In this document: piece after piece, positions 62,386 to 64,000 of the stretch | How the letters are laid out: the number at the start of each line of letters is the position of its first letter | Position numbering within the stretch: the first letter of the stretch is position 1 | NCBI RefSeq assembly: GCF_036321535.1 | Contig: NC_087437.1 | Location: 72,542,001 to 72,606,000 of the forward strand | Direction: 5' to 3' | Source: Camelus dromedarius | Lineage: Eukaryota | Length of the DNA stretch: 64,000 bases | Position numbers and translations under genes: made by a program | Notes under the pieces: generated by a model | What the model saw: only the letters and a program-made list of their open reading frames with translations | Told to the model about the DNA's origin: nothing | The model's database searches: none

Positions 62386-63827
62386 AAGTCTGGTAAACTG
62401 CCTCAGTTTCCCCGACATGATCAGGAGCACGCCTGTCCCTGGAGATGCAGACTGAAGCCAGAAGTTTCTTTGTCCTTTGTGTGATAGCGTGCATTATCCC
62501 ACTTTCCATGAGCCAGCTGATCCTTCTAATGACACTAGTTCTAAACTCTAATTTGGAGACTTAACTTTAGAATAAGATTCCTTTATCTAGATTTCTGAAA
62601 ACTTTATACTCTCATGGTTTTTTCTCCATATTCTGTTACTTAATCTCGAATGCAACACTGATTGCTCGTAATTCGGCAAGTCATTTTTCAGGCTGCCATG
62701 TCTTGTGGAAGATAGAAACAGGCCATAAGCTATGACTTCATTTTCAAGAGCGTATGTTCTGCTTAAGGAGACAAAACATACCAGAAGACAATTAAATAAC
62801 AATACAAGATACACTATGAATAGTGCCAACTGAAGCTAAATGAATTTAAAAGAGAAACAGGTAGAGACCGAGCATAAACAAAGACTTTGTAGAGAAAGGA
62901 AGCAGATGTTCAGAACAGAAGACACAAGAGAGCGAGACTTTTGAGGAACAATGACTAGACCGGTCTGGCTATTGGCTATTCAAAATGTGGTGTCTATGGG
63001 GAAATATTTGTGTATATATGTGCTTTATATGGCTCTATATTACATTAAACATATCCCTGGGTTTAAAAATGACCTTCAGATAAATTGTTTTATTTCTTTT
63101 TTTTCCTTTTTCAGTTTTATTATGTAGAATTATTACAGTTCAACTGCACATACACATTATATTGCATGTAAATACATATATACAGTATACTTTGAAATTA
63201 TTTTATCTCCATTTCAAAAATGTTAGCTCTTGCATGCCACTTCCTATGATAAAGATCATATTTAAAAATAGATTTAATGGCTAACAATACACCATGAAAA
63301 AAATTATTTACAAAAATTACTTGCAACACAATGAATATCTTTACATGGGAAAGATGTATACATAATGCCTAGGAAAACACTGTGATTCCAACAGGTAGAC
63401 TTATGAACAGCCATTCAGAGACAAGGCAATAACCAGTACATGGAGAGAATTTTAAACGCAAAATTAGACAACATAAAGTATCAACATTTGCTTTCTTAAA
63501 TGAGCAATTTTATTCAATGGTAAAGTTTATTTCCTTTGAAATAGATGAAAATAGAGTGAAACTTGTTTTCTCATAGACAAGCAAAAGTAATTTGTAACAA
63601 AAGTCATAAAAATGCTCACATACAATTCAGTGATTTTTCTTCTGAGAATTAATCTAAAGAGAGTAATTCAAAGTATTCAAGTAGATATATGTACAAAATG
63701 TCTAGTTACACTACTATTTCTAGTAGCAAAACTTTTTAAACGTCCAAGTGTTCAACAATAAGAAAGTGTAAAATTTCACTACAGAGCATCTGCACAAGGA
63801 ATATCATACAACCATTAAAAAGACTGG

Positions 63828-64000
63828 TTGGAAAGGGGAAAGGGGGTGGGGGAGGGATAAATTAAAAGTTTGGGATTAGCAGATACAAATTACTACACAT
63901 AAAACAGATAAACAGCAAGGTCCTACTATATAGAACAGGGAACCATATTCAATATCCTGTAATAAACCATAATGGAAAAGAATATGAAAAAGAATATACT
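63828..64000 (+). mobile_element. L1 3' UTR, cut off by the window end
   Basis: gggataaattaaaagtttgggattagcagatacaaa...aacagcaaggtcctactatatag. Confidence 0.8.

Noticed and set aside
62400..64000. Start of a downstream neighbouring gene
   Set aside because: No recognisable coding exon; only old L1 fragments and an L1 3' UTR

Overview
Mammalian genomic DNA: AT-rich, CpG-depleted and full of L1, MIR, MER and MLT repeats. Three copies of a tRNA-derived SINE resembling camelid vic-1 suggest a camel, alpaca or llama. Almost the whole window is one plus-strand gene, SLC9C1 (sNHE/NHE10), the sperm Na+/H+ exchanger with a CPA1 transport domain, a voltage-sensing domain (VSD) and a cyclic-nucleotide-binding domain (CNBD). 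I traced 26 consecutive coding exons (1035..59944) with canonical GT-AG sites and compatible phases. They form one open frame of 1155 codons, so the gene looks intact. The last exon is ambiguous: three in-frame candidates (60127, 62163, 62305) give 1174, 1184 or 1181 aa. I found no convincing new biological system. The most interesting points are the alternative C-termini, a dual-frame start region, a well-charged S4 next to degenerate ion-binding and cAMP-binding motifs, a G>D change in the CNBD, a clean solo ERV LTR and a small repeat of nuclear-receptor-like palindromes. Comparisons with human, mouse and sea urchin proteins are from memory and need checking by alignment. Repeat family names are recognised by eye, and most repeat boundaries are approximate.
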